The position numbers and the translations under genes were made by a program. DNA of 64,000 nucleotides from Octopus vulgaris (taxonomy: Eukaryota). The notes below the pieces were generated by a model, which was not told the DNA's origin, did no database searches, and was given only the letters and a program-made list of their open reading frames with translations. This document shows, piece after piece, positions 50,770-64,000 of this stretch. Where the stretch lies: positions 51,832,001-51,896,000 of the forward strand of contig OX597827.1 in NCBI GenBank assembly GCA_951406725.2, read 5' to 3'. The stretch's first letter is position 1. Every line of letters begins with the position of its first letter.

Positions 50770-51582
50770 ACAAAGCGTATCTTGGATACTGGATTTGAAA
50801 ACTTTTTATCACTGGTCTATTATTCTCTCTGTATTTTCCTGGGTCCAGTGGGCAACAGATTTCTACAACAGGACATATAGTTTTTTTGTTGTACTCACAC
50901 AAGAATACCCGATCGCGCGGTTAAACCATTGGGAGTGAAGGACTCCTAGCCTTTGTTAGGGCATCCTTCTAGGAGAAGGTAACTTAGGTATAACTCCAAC
51001 ATAAAACCTGCGGCTCAGTGGTTACCGATGATGTTGACTTGTTCTTTTCGGATTATGGCTGCTGTTGCTTAGTGAATGGGATTGACTCAGTGCACAACCT
51101 TTCCTCACTTTAAAAAAAAAATCTTCTTGCACAGGCATTGCACTATAACAACATTGATTAAGCTTCGTGCAATGGCCATACTCGATAACGAGGGGGCAGC
51201 CACTACGTATGCATAAATACACAAATTTGTAAATGGATGACTACTGCTATTATAACAAAAATATTTTTGTACAAAAATATATTTTGCAAAGTATCTCATT
51301 AGTAGTGAAAACAATCAGCTTTAGAACAATAAAACAAAGCTAAAATGAAGAGAAAATTGAAAATAAAGCCACGCCCATATTCGCAATAAATATGTTTTAT
51401 ACTATCATGGCAGCAACTCTGTATATTAAGCTATGTATTTCAATATATAGCAAGATTTATTCAAGTATTTCTTTGTTTTAGCTCAACTTATATATCGATC
51501 GTTACTTATTGATTCAATACCATCTTAACAACGTTTTAATTCCCTGTGCTGGACCCAACATGTGCAACCACAGCACATATAT

Positions 51583-51813
51583 ATTTCTTTACTACCCATA
51601 AGGGGCTAAACACAGAGGGGATAAACAAGGAGAGACATAGGTATTAAGTCGATTCCATCGACCCCAGTGCGTAACTGATACTTAATTTATCGACCCCGAA
51701 AGGATGAAAAGCAAAGTCGACCTCGGCGGAATTTGAACTCACAACGTAACGGCAGACGAAATACGGTTACGCATTTCGCCCGGCGTGCTAACGATTCTGC
51801 CAGCTCGCCGCCT
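51583..51813 (-). mobile_element. SINE family B, full length
   Basis: Same body as 24020-24254. Confidence 0.9.
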
Positions 51814-52170
51814 TACCACAGCATATATAGATTAGCATTGAGCTCCATAGACCCATGGATACCTGGACAACTGCTCACTTTGTCCATGTTTTATGAATGT
51901 ACATGTCTATCGCTTTAACCTCTGTTTTCCCATGTTTGCATGGATTGGACGGAGTTTTATTCAAGTTAATTTTCTACACTACTCCTCACATGTTACCCAG
52001 TAAGGTAGTATTTCTCCGTCACCAGACATGTTTTCACGGACGGTTGCAAATGAAGGAGAAAGAACGCTTGCATGTCAAAGGCGTACGTTTACAACTATCA
52101 TGTGATGCCAAGATAAAGAAACAGTAACACATACACACACACGTGCATACATACCAACACACATATGCAT

Positions 52171-52219
<49 letters not shown>

Positions 52220-52221
52220 TA

Positions 52222-52378
52222 TTTACGACAGGCTTTTCAGTTTCCCTCAGCCAAATCCACCCGCAAGGCTTTGCTCGGTCCGGGGTTATAGCATAAGAGA
52301 CATGTCCGAGGTGCCATACAATGGGATTCAATCCGGAGCCATGTGGTTGGGAAACTTCTTACCCAACAGCCACGCCTG
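52222..52378 (-). mobile_element. SINE family A, 5' half, diverged
   Basis: ACGACAGGCTTTTCAGTTTCC...CCAAATCCAC...CCATGTGGTTGGG...ACAGCCACGCC. Confidence 0.7.
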
Positions 52379-52397
52379 GTCCCATTATGTATGTGTT

Positions 52398-52453
<56 letters not shown>

Positions 52454-52695
52454 TTGTTGTCCCTTTTTTGTATCACCTAACTGTCTGGATGCTTTGCGTT
52501 CTTGTCCCATTATGTATTATATATATATATATATATATATATATTCGTTTTGGGATTTGGTTTGCAAGATTCTTTATATGAGTTCGTGTGTTGAAGCATA
52601 TTCTGTTGTGTCTAGGGAAAGTCATTTTCTTTTTGTGCCTTGTAATGTAACACACTCACCGGTAAAATTTCCACTTTTTACTTATCTTTATTTTC

Positions 52696-52732
52696 CTAAA
52701 ATTTTCGTTGCGTCTTGCAACCTTTTCAATAG
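52696..52732 (-). ncRNA. Minimal hammerhead-like motif (U3-A8 variant) in a pLTR relic (~52540-52735)
   Basis: Minus strand CTA-TTGAAAA-G-GTTGC-AAGAC-GCAAC-GAA-AATT-T-TAG. Confidence 0.55.
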
Positions 52733-53004
52733 TTTTGACTCTGTCCGTTATTTACACTGCATTCCCTTTTGTTTGTTTGTGCACATGTATGTGGGTCAGT
52801 GTGTATGTGTGCGCCTATACATGCATGCGTGTACGTATGTATGTATGTGTGTGTTTGCATGTGCATGTATGTATATATATGTGTGTATGCATATGTATAT
52901 ATGTATGCATGTGTGTGCATCTGTATGTACGTATCCTGCATATTTATGTGCTTACATGTCCGCGTTTGTGTATTTTCTATGTATGTGTGTGTGAGCATGT
53001 GTTG

Positions 53005-54260
53005 GTTTCTATAGTGACTTTCAGTCCGAGGGAGTTCATGGTGCTTGTGAGGTCCTTTCTGAGCCTATCTAGCGTGTGGCCTTTAGCTCCTTTTGATATT
53101 GCCAGCGCGTCGTCCCTGTAGAAGCCAAAGCCAGTTGAAGGGAATTTCTTTTTTTAGTATATCTAAGATGAAGGGACTGACTAGGTCACATACGTCCGCA
53201 CTGTCAAAAGCACCCCCCATTGTAACGTCGAAGGAGCCCTCTGGGTCTGTACGTTTGTTCCAAACGGACCTCTTACTGAAGAGTTGGGTTCTTCTGGTGT
53301 GCATTATAATGTGTATGTCCTCGTCATTGACTTCAGTTTGGGCCCTGGCGAAATTCAATGCCTTTAGCCGGAGCTCCCTTCATATAGATGGGTAGAAGTC
53401 CACTATATCAAACTGGATAAAACTAGCTCTACCCCTACCATAGTTGGCCTTAAACCATGTAATGACTTCGTTGGTGTTGCGCCACAGGGCGAGGTCAGAG
53501 GCGTTTCTAACGCTGTCACTGATCTTCCTGATGAGCCGTTTGCTCACCTGTCCGATCTCAGACTTCGCCGGGTTTATCAGCCTGCATTTAGAGTTAGAAG
53601 CAAAGTTAAGCTTATGATCCTTGATCGTTATGAAGGCCTCTTTCTTCGCCAGGTTCTACCCTATCTTCTATACCTAGTTTAAATGCTATATCTCTGGCCT
53701 CCTGGTTAATACTATCGTATATCTGGTGGGTGGCTCTCCTGTACGTTTGTGTAATGCTGTTGTTAAGGAGCTGTGCGTGTGTGTCACTACTTATATAAAT
53801 TTTTTGTTTTGTCGCCGAAGAGAACGGTCCTATCAGAAGATTTATGCTTGCGGGTGTCTGCTCTAAGTTTATTTTGGAAAGGGCTTGAGGACTTACCGAA
53901 TTTCAGGTGGAGTATTATGTTCAACAGGTCGTTTTCGAAGGCCTCCAGTTCCTTGATCTTGGGTGGAAACTTCCTGGATTTAAGCCCAAAATGCTCGGTT
54001 TCCGTTGGTGGTTTGGGTTGGTCAAAGTAAAAAGCCTTCTATTTCATCCGCCTGATCAGTTCCACTATTTCCTTCAGCAGCAGCCTTGTAAAGAGTTCTT
54101 TCGGTGGTGTTGGGATATTCTTTCGTTGAGTATCCCAGGTCATAATATTCCAAGTCCATTTGTAAAGGATGTACAAAATGTATTATAATCTTTGATGACT
54201 ATGTAGAGCGCAACGCTGGTGAGCATAGCCATATTGCACAAGTTGCGGAAGACCTATTGC
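53005..54260 (-). pseudogene. Penelope-like element reverse transcriptase pseudogene
   Basis: AFITIKDHK.NF....KCRLINPAKSEIG, LWRNT, FIQFDIVDFYPSI (motif A, ~53420-53385), FDVTMG.AFDSADVCDLV, YRDDALA (motif C, ~53120-53100); frameshifts present. Confidence 0.9.
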
Positions 54261-54491
54261 AGTACACTCTACGTTTTTTGGCAGTGTGTGCGTGCGTGCA
54301 TGCGTGAGTCGTCTAAGAGATCATAAGTCAGGGAGAAAGTGCAATCGTATATCTGTCAGTAGAGTGGGTATATTATCCGAATTTTTTAGTATAAATATCC
54401 ATCACGGCTGATCTTACCAATCGGTTTAGTGCAAAGAATACAATGGAGTGTTAGGTAACAATCCGATTATATGCAATATATGTATAGATAC

Positions 54492-54553
<62 letters not shown>

Positions 54554-54579
54554 ATGTATGTATGTATGTATGTATGTGT

Positions 54580-54888
54580 GGAGGCGCAATGGCCCAGTGG
54601 TTGGGCAGCGGATTCGCGGTCGTAGGATCGCGGTTTCGATTCCCAGACCGGGCGTTGTGAGTGTTTATTGAGCGAAAACACCTAAAGCTCCACGAGGCTC
54701 CGGCAGGCGGTGGTGGCGATCCCTGCTGTACTCTTTCGCCACAACTTTCTCTCACTCTTTCTTCTGTTGGCCTGCTCGCTTAGCCAGCGGGGTGGCGTCA
54801 TTTGAAGGCTAAAACAGTGCGAAGCGCATTGTGACCAGCGATGTGTAGCAACATCTGATAGCCTGGTCAGTCACGGTGATCACGGTGA
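54580..54888 (+). mobile_element. SINE family C, full length
   Basis: Near-identical to 19458-19768, again directly after a microsatellite. Confidence 0.92.
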
Positions 54889-55768
54889 TGTATGTATTTA
54901 TTATGTATATACGCATATATTTTATCTTTTACCTTTTACTCGTTTCACTCATTTGGCTGCAGCCATGGTGCTCATTCGATCAGTCTCGTGGGCCCAACAA
55001 TGACACTTCATGCATTGAGTACATATTAAATTTCATTAAACTTCAACAATATTTTTCAAGCAATGAACAATTTTCATCAAAACAATGATATAATTTGTCG
55101 ACTTGGAACTTATTGCAAAGCTTCATGATAAACAACAGTACCACCACCACCATCGCCACTACATCTGCCATATACACCATTCAGACTTCTGACATCGCCA
55201 CCATCAATACCTTTGACTTCGCTGGCTTCCCCTCCACCACTATCACTTCTGTCTTTCACATCGCTTACTCTCACCGTCATCCCTGACCGCCTCGGCTACC
55301 ACCACCATCACCACCACCACCATCATCACCGCTGCCTCCGCCTCTATCACAACTACAGCTCATACTATTACTATCACCCCATTACCATCAGTGCTCAGTA
55401 TGTTAGTTCAGCATGCCGGTTCATGTTCAGTCCCTCTTTCTCTCACATACCCACTCTTTCCTTCTCTTATTATTACTCCGACCGCCACCATCAACACTAC
55501 TACTTTTAATAAAACATCATCAACTCTCCCTACATTTCTTTGTCTCTCTTTCTCTCCCTGTCTTTTTCTTTCTCTCTCTCTATCTGTCTTCGCCACTGCC
55601 CTCGCCGTCTTTATGCCTACTATTACTCTCACCCCAGCATGAGGAATAGTAGAAGCGTCATTGAATAGTGAGCCAGGGGTCAAAGAGTGACACACTAACA
55701 CGCAGAAATTAGTTTTCTCATTTATTATATTAGATATGTGTATGTATGTATGTATGTAAATATATATA

Positions 55769-55861
<93 letters not shown>

Positions 55862-55957
55862 CTTATAAGTTATTTATAAATTTAACCTTTAAAGATATTT
55901 TTTAATATGCTGGCCATGGATGAAATATTTTCGAAAAATTTTATCCTATATTAGATG

Positions 55958-56018
<61 letters not shown>

Positions 56019-56227
56019 ATATAAATGTAATGCATAACATAGATTTATATAATCTAGTGCTAAAAGCTACTTTCGCAGACAAGGCTATAAAACACACAGT
56101 AAACCGATGCGGAGTAAAAACACATAGTAAACCAATATCTGATGAGCTAGCCTTCAATATTTGCTTAGTTTAGTAAAATGTACAATAGTACTATGCAATT
56201 TATAGCAGACGCATTTCATCAGAGAAA

Positions 56228-56337
56228 GATATACATTAAGATATCACATATGGATCCTTCCGTTCATGCAAGAACCTACTTACAAGAGCCTGCTTGCATG
56301 AGCGGAAGAGTCCACATGTAATATCTTAAGGTATATC
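56228..56337. repeat. ~45-bp imperfect inverted repeat
   Basis: GATATACATTAAGATATCACATATGGATCCTTCCGTTCATGCAAG vs CTTGCATGAGCGGAAGAGTCCACATGTAATATCTTAAGGTATATC. Confidence 0.85.
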
Positions 56338-56347
56338 ATACCTTAAG

Positions 56348-56350
56348 ATG

Positions 56351-56407
<57 letters not shown>

Positions 56408-56459
56408 TTATTAAGTCTTTCCTTGTTTGTTTTGCAAAATAGTGGTTTTGTCTCTAATA

Positions 56460-56490
<31 letters not shown>

Positions 56491-56657
56491 GAGTGTATAT
56501 GTATGTATATGTAGATATATATGTATATATGTGTGTGTATATATGTATATATATATGTGTATATATGTGCGTGTATATATGTATATATATATATATGTAT
56601 ATATATGTATGTATATATATATGTATATATATATATGTATGTGTATGTATGTATGTG

Positions 56658-56708
<51 letters not shown>

Positions 56709-56750
56709 ACCTATCTATCTATCTATAGATAGATAGATAGACAGACAGAC

Positions 56751-56838
<88 letters not shown>
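56348..56838. repeat. (TA)n/(TG)n/(GATA)n microsatellite field
   Basis: Directly visible. Confidence 0.95.
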
Positions 56839-57336
56839 GGGTGAAATCCGTGCGTGTAAGGGGTGACGCAAATACAGTCAGACAAACCCGTTAGTTGCAT
56901 AGAAGAGGCATTAGATACCTAAATGGCCACTAACCAATAATTACGTAATCTAATAGACATTATGCTGTTCATTCATTACAATATGACTGAAGCTATAAAA
57001 CGATTGCCTGGTGACAAGCGCGCTAAAATGCACACCTTCGCAGACATGTTAAATCGATATTGATAAAACGATGCTCTAACAACAATGGTATATTTTTAAA
57101 ATGTATGCTTGTTTATTTACTTGTTGTGCTTTGGTCGTTTGTGTAGGCATGTTCTTTTCGAGAGAATAGACAGTGGTTGTAGCCGGAAATAATTTTCATA
57201 AAGTACACACACACACACACACACACACAACGACACACACTTCTCTATGTCTATGACGCAGTATGTAATATATTTTCACAACAAAAATGATTTAGCTTTA
57301 TACGTATGTATGTATGTATGTATGTATGTATGTATG

Positions 57337-57370
<34 letters not shown>

Positions 57371-57929
57371 TGTATGTATGTATGTATGTGCATTTCTCAT
57401 ACGGTTATCATCTGAAGTGTGATTATTTTCAAGTTTTATGGCAATGGAGGTTTTGGTGGATATGCACAATTTTAAACTGAATGAAAATATTCTGTCAGAA
57501 CTATGATTGCATGTTTCCATTCAGGCAGGTTAGAATTAACGTTGATATTACTTCAGCTGTCTACTTATGACATCGCCATGGTTTGGTTTAGTTCTGGGTG
57601 ATCGAGCAATTATTTTAGAGTTTTGATATGTACGTACGTACATATTTATGTATGTATGTACGTACGTATGTGCGCGTGTATGTATATATGTTTGTATGTA
57701 TGTTTGTATGTATGCATGCATTCATGCATGTATGTTTTCTTTCTCTTCTTATATTTAGAGTAAATTTTACTGGCCACCTACTCAGTAGCAAGGTTGTGAA
57801 GGAAAGTATCCTTTAAATCTGTAGCAGAAGTGATTTACACTGTCATTAGGTGTGAGATGTTTTCGTAGAGTAGTTTAGACTTAAATACCTGGATATCTGT
57901 TCCACAAGCCTTTTCGTTCCATCAGGTCA

Positions 57930-58300
57930 CATGACCTTGTGATTAGCCGAACTTGTTGTTCGGATTGGTCGGTCTCCAGCCGTCCAATCGTGTTGGCGCA
58001 ACAGTTCGTTTTTCCTTACGTGGGAAATTAATCACCTGCTCTAGGAGCCTACTGATCTATATAAGAACGACAGTTCTCGACTGCTCTAGGTCTTTGGCAA
58101 CCAAGGCCAAGCTGGTGGCCAAGATCAAGATTTTTGAAGATCTTCCCAGGGTCACATTGAGAAACGCATGCGCAATGTTCTGGGCTGTCTTGAGTCTGCG
58201 GTGGAAGCTGGAGATGGCTTCTTAGAATAAACTGTTACCTTCCAGTAAACTTAGAGTAAACTTGTAATACAAACTGTCGAATTTAGCCCGAACACGTCGC
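57930..58300 (+). mobile_element. Internally deleted Tc1-like transposon relic
   Basis: TKAKLVAKIKIFEDLPRVTLRNACAMF..(fs)LESAVEAGDGFLE* resembles the Tc1/mariner C-terminus (…RL.AV..A.GG..E*); upstream CCAAT and TATATAA. Confidence 0.6.
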
Positions 58301-58409
58301 TGCGTGATTACGAACATACGGTGTACATATATCCTAAAGTATTTCTATGTGTGAGTTATGTGTGTGTGCGCGCGCGCGGAGTTGTGTGCGTGCATGCGTG
58401 AGTGCGTGC

Positions 58410-59090
58410 ATGAGTGCGTAGTGCGTACTTGAGTGCGTACGTGCGTGCATGAGTGCGTACGTGCGTGCATGAGTGCGTACGTGCGTGCATGAGTGTGTAC
58501 GTGCGTGCATGAGTGCGTACGTGCGTGCATGAGTGTGTACGTGCGTGCATGAGTGCGTACGTGCGTACTTGAGTGCGTACGTGCGTGCATGAGTGTGTAC
58601 GTGCGTGCATGAGTGCGTACGTGCGTGCATGAGTGTGTACGTGCGTGCATGAGTGCGTACGTGCGTGCATGAGTGCGTACGTGCGTACATGAGTGCGTAC
58701 GTGCGTGCATGAGTGCGTACGTGCGTGCATGAGTGCGTACGTGCGTGCATGAGTGCGTACGTGCGTGCATGAGTGCGTACGTGCGTGCATGAGTGTGTAC
58801 GTGCGTGCATGAGTGCGTACGTGCGTGCACGAGTGTGTACGTGCGTGCATGAGTGCGTACGTGCGTACTTGAGTGCGTACGTGCGTGCATGAGTGTGTAC
58901 GTGCGTGCATGAGTGCGTACGTGCGTGCATGAGTGTGTACGTGCGTGCATGAGTGCGTACGTGCGTGCATGAGTGCGTACGTGCGTACATGAGTGCGTAC
59001 GTGCGTGCATGAGTGCGTACGTGCGTGCATGAGTGCGTACGTGCGTGCATGAGTGCGTACGTGCGTGCATGAGTGTGTACGTGCGTGCGT
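58410..59090. repeat. 20-bp minisatellite (GAGTGCGTACGTGCGTGCAT)n with higher-order structure
   Basis: About 33 units; variant units recur at 300-bp spacing. Confidence 0.95.
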
Positions 59091-59939
59091 GCATGCGTGA
59101 GTGAGTGCGTGCGTGCATGCGTGCGTGCGTGCGTAGTGCGTGCGTGCGTAAGTGCGTGCGAATACCTGTATGTGTGCCGAGTTGTATGAACGACCCCAAC
59201 TCTGCTACCTCTTTACCCATATAAATTTGGGCGACAGCATTCTGACAGTGCACTGAAATGTGTCGTCATATCTCTTGAATAGATTTTTATTACCACAATA
59301 TATTCTCCATAACAATAACAATTCTTTTCTTTCCTTTTATCTTCTTTTTTTCCTTTTCTTTCTCATTTTCTTCCCACTCCTTATCTCTAAACCACATCCA
59401 CTCTCGCATATTTTGGGTTTCACCCTTTGCTTTATCGCTCATTGGTTCTCTAAACTTTCTTCCTTGATGTTTTTGCTTTTTTAATTTTTTTTTAAATATT
59501 TTATTACTGGCTTTTTTTCAATTGGACTCACCATTGTATTGTGGCTGACTTAAAAATTTCAAGCGACGATGTAACCTTCATTAAGATAATGTCAGCCTGA
59601 TGATTAGTTACGTTGAACATAGTTCATTGCATAAAAATTGCATAACGAGCTTCAGCTAGCTAAGAAACCTATGTAGCGTGCATTTTACCTGTTCCACTCC
59701 CTGAATTTGGATTTTTATTCAAATTTTTAGCAGCTTTAGTTACTAACTATGAGCTGCATAGAAACTATCAGCTTATCGAATTTCTTTGCAACTTCGATAT
59801 GGGGCAAAAGTGTGTAACTCTCGATGCCAATAAATTGTTATTGTATCTTATCGTATACTGTCCACTTTTTGTTCCCTATACCTGCCACCTTCTGCTTGAA
59901 GCTTACAAACTTCCTACACTCGGTTTCCCTGATCGTATT

Positions 59940-60218
59940 TATATGTACGTTCGTATGTATGTATGTATGTATGTATGTATGTATGTATGTATGTATGTAT
60001 ATATGTATGTACGTACGTATGTACGTATGTATGTATGTATGTATGTATGTTTGTATGTATGTATGTATGTATGTATGTACGTATGCATGTATGTATATAT
60101 AAATTTGTGTGTGTGTGTTATGTATGTATGTTATGTATGTAAGCTATGTGTGTGTATGTATGTATGTACGTTTGCATGCATGTATGTATGTATGTATGCA
60201 TGTATGTATATATGTGTG

Positions 60219-60265
<47 letters not shown>

Positions 60266-60300
60266 GTATGTATGTATGTACGTACGTACGTACGTTTGTA
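59940..60300. repeat. Degenerate (TATG)n microsatellite
   Basis: Directly visible. Confidence 0.93.
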
Positions 60301-60739
60301 CCCCCTCATTTATACATCATGTGACGGTAGTCAGTATCATACAAGTGGTGTCATTCATTTCCAGTCTTGCATGAAAATAGACAAACGTGCAGATAGAAAA
60401 GTTTCTCCATTACCAGAGTCAAGTACATAAGTGATACAACACATACAAGCACACTTATTATTCTCTAATGGCCCTGAGTGAAAGTAGAAATCATTCTGCC
60501 TTTGTGACATTATAGTTAATCAATTCTGGAGCTTCATTCATTTCCCATGACTGCTTTTATAAATTATTATAGACAATGGGGAAATTGTGTCTATCTTGAA
60601 TCAAAATATTAACCATTTATATAATTAGTTAATTATACACTGAATTCCTCGCTTTAAATTAGAATTTTTACAATGATTTGAAAATCTTTCACTTTTTATA
60701 TTAGCAAATATCTGCATTTTTAGTTTTTGTAGGTACTAT

Positions 60740-61750
60740 TTAGACAACAAATCCTGATATATTTGTGCACAAGAAGCAAAAGGTGGTTAGATATTGTTTA
60801 TTCGTATAAAACACCCAGGAAGAGGAGAGGTGAGTGAGTTGGGCAGGCCTGACTGAGGTGGTACATGAGTGGCCATCACCAAGGAGTAAAGAGTAAAAGC
60901 TGTAGAAAAAGCAGATAGGGGACGCCAGATTTGTGTCCCTTCTCACAAACAGGAGTTGAAGTACGTTGATGAGTGATTTCATGCCAGTCAGTTGAGTGTG
61001 TGTTTTTTGTTTTTTTGGTGGGGTGGGGGTGATCTTGGATGCTTGTATGGATAATATCAGCATATTTTCCAAATATGGCAGTAGTATTCAGCTATAGATC
61101 TCACTTGAGCTTTGAAAAAAGTTAGTAGTTGTTGTGGACTAATGTACTTTATGGACTTGATGCAGAAGGTCTATCTTTGTAATGCTGTAATAACTGTTGT
61201 TATATCCATACCAAGGTTTTATGCTGGAGTCCATGTACTTGAACACCAGCCTGAAATTATGGCTTAGGTATAACAATTTACTGGCATATCTTCCCTCTGA
61301 CATTTCTCTTCTCTAGTGTCTTTATAAACTGTTTCATCAGTCCAAGCTTTATGTGCAAAGGAGGCAATAAGACATTACATGGATTTACAAGAGGTGTATT
61401 CTTGACACTAGACAGTCCTGCCAGTTTGATTCCGAATAATGTCTGTCAGTTGCCTGACTATGCCATAGACACAAGAAACAACAGTATTTTGTGAAACCTG
61501 ACAACATTTTCATTAACATTACAATGACTTTTAAATTTCCACATATTTTCCATGAGTATCTTTCATGGGTAATTCATGACGTAAAAGTTCCATATTCTCA
61601 AATGATTCATGAAGATGAATGGAGTGTGCAATAGGAATGGAAGGCTTCAAATTACCATTATGGAGATGTACAGAGTTGAAATATTCTTAATGTTAATTGT
61701 TTGGATGGATCAAAGACAAATTTACTTGTGGCTATTCAATCCACCAGAGC
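60740..61750 (-). mobile_element. Old jockey/CR1-group LINE ORF2 C-terminal relic
   Basis: FKAQVRSIAEYYCHIW (~61115-61068) and RRD..LASPICFFYSFY resemble YKAQIRP.MEY..HIW...HRR.VASL..FYRY. Confidence 0.55.
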
Positions 61751-62714
61751 TCAATTTAATCCAATGACATTTAGACCTTACAATGACAGTGAATACAGTA
61801 GCAGTCCCCAGCAAGAATTGTCCATCATTACCAGAGGCAAGCTACATCATAAGCCCTAACACTAGCACTACTATTACTACAAGCTGTGCTACAAATATTA
61901 CAACTGCCTATACTATTAATACCACCTGTATTAATATCATTTTACTTTTGTTGACACTCTTACCTATACTTCAACAAACTAATAGCCTATAGCCTATAAA
62001 ACAGTGATACCACCACCACTACATATAACAAAACCACCACCACTACCACATATAACTACTTCACTGCCACCACTACATATATACATTTAACAACCACCCT
62101 CACTAACAACAACAATCTACATGAGATAACTAGGGTGCCTTTTCGTGGTCACTCAATCTGCTAGAACTAGCAGCCAAATCTCCTTTCAATCACAGCTTAC
62201 TCTCTTAAAAATGGAAGGACACATTGAATAATGTAAATCTAAATACACGAAAAAAGAAGAAAAAAGATGAGATAGGCTATTTTGATCACATGTCTGCTGG
62301 ATCAGAACTGATTTGGGGCTAAAGGACAACAACAACAACAACAGTTTATCTATACAGCCATCTTTTCTATGCTTTCATCTTTCTATTGTCCCATATGAAC
62401 ATTATCACTGCTACCCACCTCACCATCACTACAGTCACTATCATCTTTAACCCTACCTCTATGTTGTTTATCATTACCACTACCATCACTATGACTTCTC
62501 CTACGCCACCACCTATACCAGCAACACTAGCAGGAGCAGCCCCATCACTTATGCTTCCATCATCATTAACAATAGCAGTGTGCTGTTCGATCAATACAGT
62601 ACATTAATCAATCAATCAGTGCTGCGATGCTGCCATTTGATTTTACAGGGAGAGGAAGAATGAGAGAAAGAGATAGAGAATATCGATTGAGCAGTATAAC
62701 CATGTGTATAGCTG

Positions 62715-62796
<82 letters not shown>

Positions 62797-63555
62797 TTGG
62801 TTTCAATATTGTGAAAGAACAATCTAATATTAACTGAACAACAAAATTATGTGTACATGTGGTTATATAGGTATGTGTGGATACATATGTGTACGTAAGG
62901 GTGTGTGTGTGTGTGTGTGTACATGTGAACTTTGTACACTTCAATAAATATGAAATGGCATGCACAGACACACACATGCAACATAAGCACACATACATAC
63001 ATACAAAGGGAACATAAAACACACAAGACAAAGTGGTCTTTTGTGACTATCAGTAATGACATGAATGTTTAATGTCTGACATTTCCATCCTCCACACCCC
63101 AGCAATCTGCAGATAACAGAAATACATACATAAACACTTGTGCACATATATAGCTTCCACTGCCTCTCCTACATCACCAGTATCCAGATTCCACCTTTCC
63201 TAACCTATATCTTCATATTTATTCCTCAGATTGCATCTGGTTTTGTTGCCTATTACCCCTAGAGGGCATATTTGCCTATCCCTTCTCTCCAACCATCCCA
63301 CTACCATCTTCATTATTACTGCTTTTTATTATTATTGTTGTGATTATTATAAATATTATTGATGTTTTTAACTGTTGATGGTATTATAATTGCTACTGTT
63401 ATTATCTTTATTATTATTGACCTGGAGAGGTTGGTCATATAGCCAGAAACAGTAGAGTGCTGAACAAAGCAAAGGAATTCAATGTATTTAGTTTCATTGT
63501 TCTAGGTTTTGAGTTCAAATTCTGCTCAGGATGATATTACTTTTCATTACTTTAA

Positions 63556-63776
63556 CTCTTTCATTACCAATCTGGCTGAAACCGCCTCTGGCTCTGTAGT
63601 ACAAATGTCTTGTTTTCTTAAGTTTTGAATTAAAATCATCCACCAAACCTTAGTCACAATTTACGTTACTGACACTAGCTAAATGGTAACTAAATTATTT
63701 TTCTAAATTCTTTGTCATATTTAAAATAATTGAAAGAAACACAGAGCATCTCAAAATGAATATGGTAATGAAAGGG
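63556..63776. mobile_element. piggyBac-like MITE
   Basis: TTAA on both sides (63552-63555, 63777-63780); TIR CTCTTTCATTACCA / TGGTAATGAAAGGG. Confidence 0.85.
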
Positions 63777-64000
63777 TTAAAGTCAAAAGAATTAGCAGCA
63801 AGGGTTAACTCAGCTGACTACAAACCCCAACTTATAAGAATTAGGTCTTTTACTATGTTGAAAGAGAAGAGTTTTGCTTTAATTATAAGTACAAAGGTTC
63901 TCAATTTTAGACAGAAGAAATAACGGAATAATGATTGTCATCTGTTTTCATGATTTATCTAAGTAGGACAAAAGTACATTGTTTAGAACCTTCAGAGCCT

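Noticed and set aside
54395-54480. Hammerhead relic upstream of the PLE RT (TAAACCGATTGGTA on -)
   Set aside because: GAAA is mutated and no CUGANGA core remains before the microsatellite; too incomplete to call.
58334-59253. 302-aa HARTHS-repeat ORF, or a CRISPR-like array
   Set aside because: It is a 20-bp tandem minisatellite with no unique spacers, in eukaryotic DNA; the ORFs are a by-product.
60733-60828. Plus-strand exon with good acceptor and GTGAGT donor (VLFRQQILIY…)
   Set aside because: It overlaps an antisense LINE relic, has no partner exons and no recognisable protein.

Overview
Repeat-dense, AT-rich animal genomic DNA with no recognisable intact protein-coding gene. The SINE families and microsatellite load point to an octopod cephalopod (Octopus-like; inference). 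Nearly all ORF-track entries are microsatellite or SINE read-throughs. The window holds several tRNA-headed SINE families (~30 copies), LINE relics (RTE, CR1-like, R4-like), DNA-transposon relics and MITEs (mariner D34D, Tc1-like, pogo-like, hAT-like, piggyBac-like, Merlin-like), and several Penelope-like element (PLE) relics. Main points of interest: (i) PLE pseudo-LTR relics carrying hammerhead-ribozyme folds whose cores show C3-G8, G3-C8 and U3-A8 covariation, plus a shared CCGAAGU-type variant core with a long stem II; (ii) a ~430-bp TIR element carrying internal (TTAGGG)n, present five times, twice as inverted pairs; (iii) a ~2.5-2.8 kb tandem duplication (10.3-15.9 kb) whose junction is an interleaved mosaic and looks like an assembly artefact; (iv) many local inverted repeats; (v) a speculative three-exon minus-strand gene ending in a CaaX motif. 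Coordinates were read by eye; element ends may be off by tens of bases unless TIR/TSD positions are given.
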